A stretch of DNA of 62,981 bases, filler included, from Rhizaria sp. SCN 62-66 (Eukaryota): NCBI GenBank assembly GCA_001724265.1. It is 2 parts of 2 records of this genome, joined end to end, with 100 filler letters (N's around TTAATTAATTAA, not from the genome) between each part and the next. Parts side by side here need not be neighbours in the genome. Positions count along the whole stretch, not along the records: positions 31,543 to 62,981 come from MEDY01000358.1; 1 more part is not named here. One strand, written 5' to 3'. Every line of letters begins with the position of its first letter. The first letter of the stretch is position 1. Below the pieces are notes generated by a model. The model was not told the DNA's origin. It made no database searches and saw only the letters and a program-made list of their open reading frames with translations. This document shows positions 59,933 through 62,981 of the stretch, piece by piece. Both the position numbers and the translations under genes were made by a program.

Positions 59933-61707
59933 TCAGAATCATCATGATCATTATCTTCACCGTCCTCAGAGTCAATCTCACCATCATCCTTGTCCTCGCT
60001 CTCACCCTCCCCATCCTCACCCTCACCGTCCCGATCTTCGTCCCCGTCTTCGTCCTCTTCCTCAGCGGCATCATTGTCGCCATGATTGTTACCGCCACCC
60101 CTCGCCTGGGCATTGGCTTCGGCAAAGCGATTCTGCCTCGCAAGCACGTCCTGCGGCACCCCAAAGTCGCCGATAATGCCCATCACAAGATGGACCAGCT
60201 GCATTGTCTCCTCCCATGCCGTCATGGTCACACGCACTTTGCTGTCCTCAAGCAGCTCCAGTAGCGCGCTGTGGCCGTCGGCCGCGAGAAACACCGCCAA
60301 GGCCTCGTTGCGCGGTCGCGCGCCCTCAGTCAGCACCGCGGGGTCCGGACTCGTGTCGCCGACGCGGATGATCTCGGCCACGGCCTGCATAAACCGTCCA
60401 AGCTGCCCGCTCGGCGGCGGCTCCTTCAGCGTGGCCGCGGCCGCAATCGCCTGTGCGCAGTACTCGAGCGCGCCCGCGCCGAGCAGAAGCTGCGCCACGG
60501 CCCCGCGGCCGCCGTCGACGCCGCCGGTCGCGACGTCGTCCATCGCGTTGGCCAGCACCCAGGAGATCTCGGTGCCAACGGACCACTCGCCGGACTTGGG
60601 GTTCCCGTCGCGCTGCAAAACGGGCGCTTGCGGGATCAGCGCGGAAAGCACGTCGCCCACCAGCACACACGCCGCGGTCTCCTGGCAATCAGCGAGCAGG
60701 TTCGAGACTAGCCACGCAAGCTCCTTGACCGTCGCCATTTCATCGGGGTCTAGCTGCTCGGCCAACCGGCGCAGGTGGGCCACCACGGCCGACGTAAAGA
60801 AGGCCGCGCCACCGCCGCCTTCGAGCGCGGCCACGTTGCCCAGCAGGCGCAGCGCGGGCGTGCGCGTCGGCTTGGGCCCGTGCAGCTGCCGCACAACGCG
60901 GGACAGAATGTTATCGAAATCTATGTCACCGTCACCGGGAGGCGCGACGCTACCTTCAAGGATACTGTTCTTGTCTTTAGGGACGATGATGAGGTCTTCA
61001 AATCGAACACCCTCGGACTCCTCGCGAAAGACGTACGTCAGACTCCACAGCACGTCGACGAGCGCGCTGCGCAGGCCGTTGCGCTCGAAGCGTTGCAGGC
61101 AGCGCGCAAGCAGCGGCACGACTGGCGCCAGTAGCGCGTATGGCAGGGGCGGTTTGACGCGCGTAAAGTTGGACACCGTCCACATAAGATTGGTCTGCAC
61201 CGTGTCCCCCGTGGAGCCGAAGCCTTGTGCGTCGGCGTCGGCGTCGGCGTCGACCTCGGCGAGGAAGCGGCTGACGTGGGCGAATACCCCGCGCTCGACG
61301 AGCGAGTCGACAGCGGCGCGGCCCTCGCCGGCGATGTTGCCCAGCGTCCAGATTGCGTTCTCGACGATGTCGTCGGGCTGGCCGAGGTGGAGCACGCAGC
61401 AGAGCTTCTCGGCGACGCCGCGTTCAAGCAGCGCGGTGCAGCCCGACGAAGATACGGCGAGGTTGGTAAACACCCAGAGCGTCTCCATCGACCGTTTGGG
61501 CTCGTCCGCGTCCCCGCAGTACTCGAGCGAGCGCAGGAGCCAGTCGAGCACGCCATGCTCAAGGCAGGCCGCGGTGAAGGCCACCAGGTCTGAATCGGTG
61601 GCCGCGCTGATGCGGCGAAGAGCCTCGATGCCGGCGGACGAGGGCGCCAGCGACGTCAGAGACGCGAGCGCAGTCTGAAACGAGGCGTCAGTAAACGGGG
61701 TTGTCAT
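59929..61707 (-). CDS. Importin-alpha-like ARM-repeat protein without an IBB domain, with an acidic tail, 592 aa
   Basis: Repeated WxxxN motifs: WVFTNLA, ENAIWTLGNIAGE, WTVSNFTR.KP, DVLWSLTY, TPALRLLGNV, KELAWLVSNL, EISWVLAN. Intronless; ends TGA. Confidence 0.88.
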   Translation of the reverse strand: MTTPFTDASFQTALASLTSLAPSSAGIEALRRISAATDSDLVAFTAACLEHGVLDWLLRSLEYCGDADEPKRSMETLWVFTNLAVSSSGCTALLERGVAEKLCCVLHLGQPDDIVENAIWTLGNIAGEGRAAVDSLVERGVFAHVSRFLAEVDADADADAQGFGSTGDTVQTNLMWTVSNFTRVKPPLPYALLAPVVPLLARCLQRFERNGLRSALVDVLWSLTYVFREESEGVRFEDLIIVPKDKNSILEGSVAPPGDGDIDFDNILSRVVRQLHGPKPTRTPALRLLGNVAALEGGGGAAFFTSAVVAHLRRLAEQLDPDEMATVKELAWLVSNLLADCQETAACVLVGDVLSALIPQAPVLQRDGNPKSGEWSVGTEISWVLANAMDDVATGGVDGGRGAVAQLLLGAGALEYCAQAIAAAATLKEPPPSGQLGRFMQAVAEIIRVGDTSPDPAVLTEGARPRNEALAVFLAADGHSALLELLEDSKVRVTMTAWEETMQLVHLVMGIIGDFGVPQDVLARQNRFAEANAQARGGGNNHGDNDAAEEEDEDGDEDRDGEGEDGEGESEDKDDGEIDSEDGEDNDHDDSE

Positions 61708-62562
61708 GGCGCGCGGTGCCGCTCGAAATCAAAACTAGCGCAACTAACGGGTTGTTGTTTCCCCACTGCAGAGCGTAAGGCGGCGAAAACAAAACGTTGG
61801 AATCGTGAGTTATGTCCTAGGAAGAGGCGAATAGAGTTGTTGTGTGTCCATGGACAAATATAGCTAGCTACTCTAGCATATATGCGATGCAATGATAGCT
61901 CTTGCACCAGAAGAATACTTCGTTTGTGGCTGAAAATGATGTGATGATAAGGAATCTCTTTTTCGCTGTCCAGGCAAGTTGCCAGATCGGGAATAACAGA
62001 TAAAAACTGAACAACAACAAAAAACATAATAATTTAGTAGATAAAATATCGTAATGCTAAAGATTTCCATGCCAAACAATTCAGACTGGCTTAATTTAAC
62101 CGTGAAAACATATTTTTTCTTCATTGCATCAGCAATTGGTTCGTGGTTCTGTGTTCAGTGGCCCGACGATCATTCAGTGGCTGCCGTGCGACTGTGGAAG
62201 ACAGACTCAAGGAGTCAGCAGAGCAGCAAAGGAAACTCGGCGGCATCTGAGCTCCTGAGTCGCTCAACCATAGACGCACGACGGCCACCGATCGTGGGGC
62301 CACCGGCCATGGAGCGCCTCAACACTCTGGCGACGAGCTTCTTCAAGGACTTGGTCTAAAAACAAATAGAATTTCACAGGAACGCGGCCATTGCGGCCAA
62401 GATGTGGATAGATGTCTTGTCACTTGATTTACTATTTGAACCCTCCATAATATCTCTTGGGGCTTTGGTCTTAAGTCTCCAGGTTCATTTATCACAGTCG
62501 CACCTCTCGAGTCAGTTTCAGCACTGCCATGCTCTCTCGCATGAGACTCGTGTGCATGCCTA

Positions 62563-62981
62563 TCAACGATTGAAACGGTTCACCAGCGCCGTCAAACACA
62601 TGCGCGCTTGTTCTGTATGGTGGCAGTGACCTTGCTCTTTATTGTCCTGCATCCCTCTCTATAGCGCATCATAGTGTATCGTCGTTAATTCCTTCGACAT
62701 CCCATCGAGAGCCTCACTGATGCTGCTTGTTGCTGCTGCTGCTGATGCTGCTGCTGCTGCTGCGTGGCTGTGGCTGACTCTGAAGTAGATTGTGTGACTT
62801 GACTGCTACGGTGCCGCTTGCGGTGCTACTGTAGTCACTCCGCGCCGCGCGTGCATGTACAGCGCTGTGCGCCGCGCGCTGAAAACCGCTGGCTGTGCCC
62901 TTCTGCTGCTCCGTGCAGTGGTGGCTCGCAGACCGGCGGTGTCACGGTAGTTCTTACGCTGGTTTGCTGTTCGGCAACAGT
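62563..62981 (-). other. Possible 3' end of a gene (or degraded gene fragment) cut by the window edge
   Basis: GC-rich coding-like sequence with (gca)n repeats. One frame is open from 62979 to TGA 62563-62565 only if two TAGs are read as sense. Confidence 0.3.

Noticed and set aside
1-62981. CRISPR array, operon or other prokaryotic/viral system
   Set aside because: No repeat-spacer arrays were seen. Spliceosomal introns and eukaryote-specific genes (IFT20, TBC, importin-alpha) show this is nuclear DNA.

Overview
Gene-dense eukaryotic (protist) nuclear DNA with GC-rich exons, AT-richer spacers and short spliceosomal introns. I reconstruct 12 complete genes: a Q-rich coiled-coil protein, TMEM184, adenosine deaminase, a TBC1D20-like RabGAP, a 3470-aa RPxSA-rich protein, IFT20, a CD36/LIMP-2 protein, an ALDH with a mitochondrial-type presequence, a secreted Cys-rich protein, a multi-TM FemAB-like GNAT, a 4332-aa DHU1-like WD40/BTB/Kelch protein and an IBB-less importin-alpha. 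A scaffold gap is flanked by 34-bp inverted repeats. Main result: UAG appears to be a sense codon. Four long genes each carry one in-frame TAG and continue in frame for 372-3290 codons, while all 12 genes end in TAA (6) or TGA (6). Local context favours Leu, so the inferred nuclear code is UAG=Leu with UAA/UGA as stops. All 14 coding-region introns begin GTACG. Family calls come from motif recognition by eye, not database searches.
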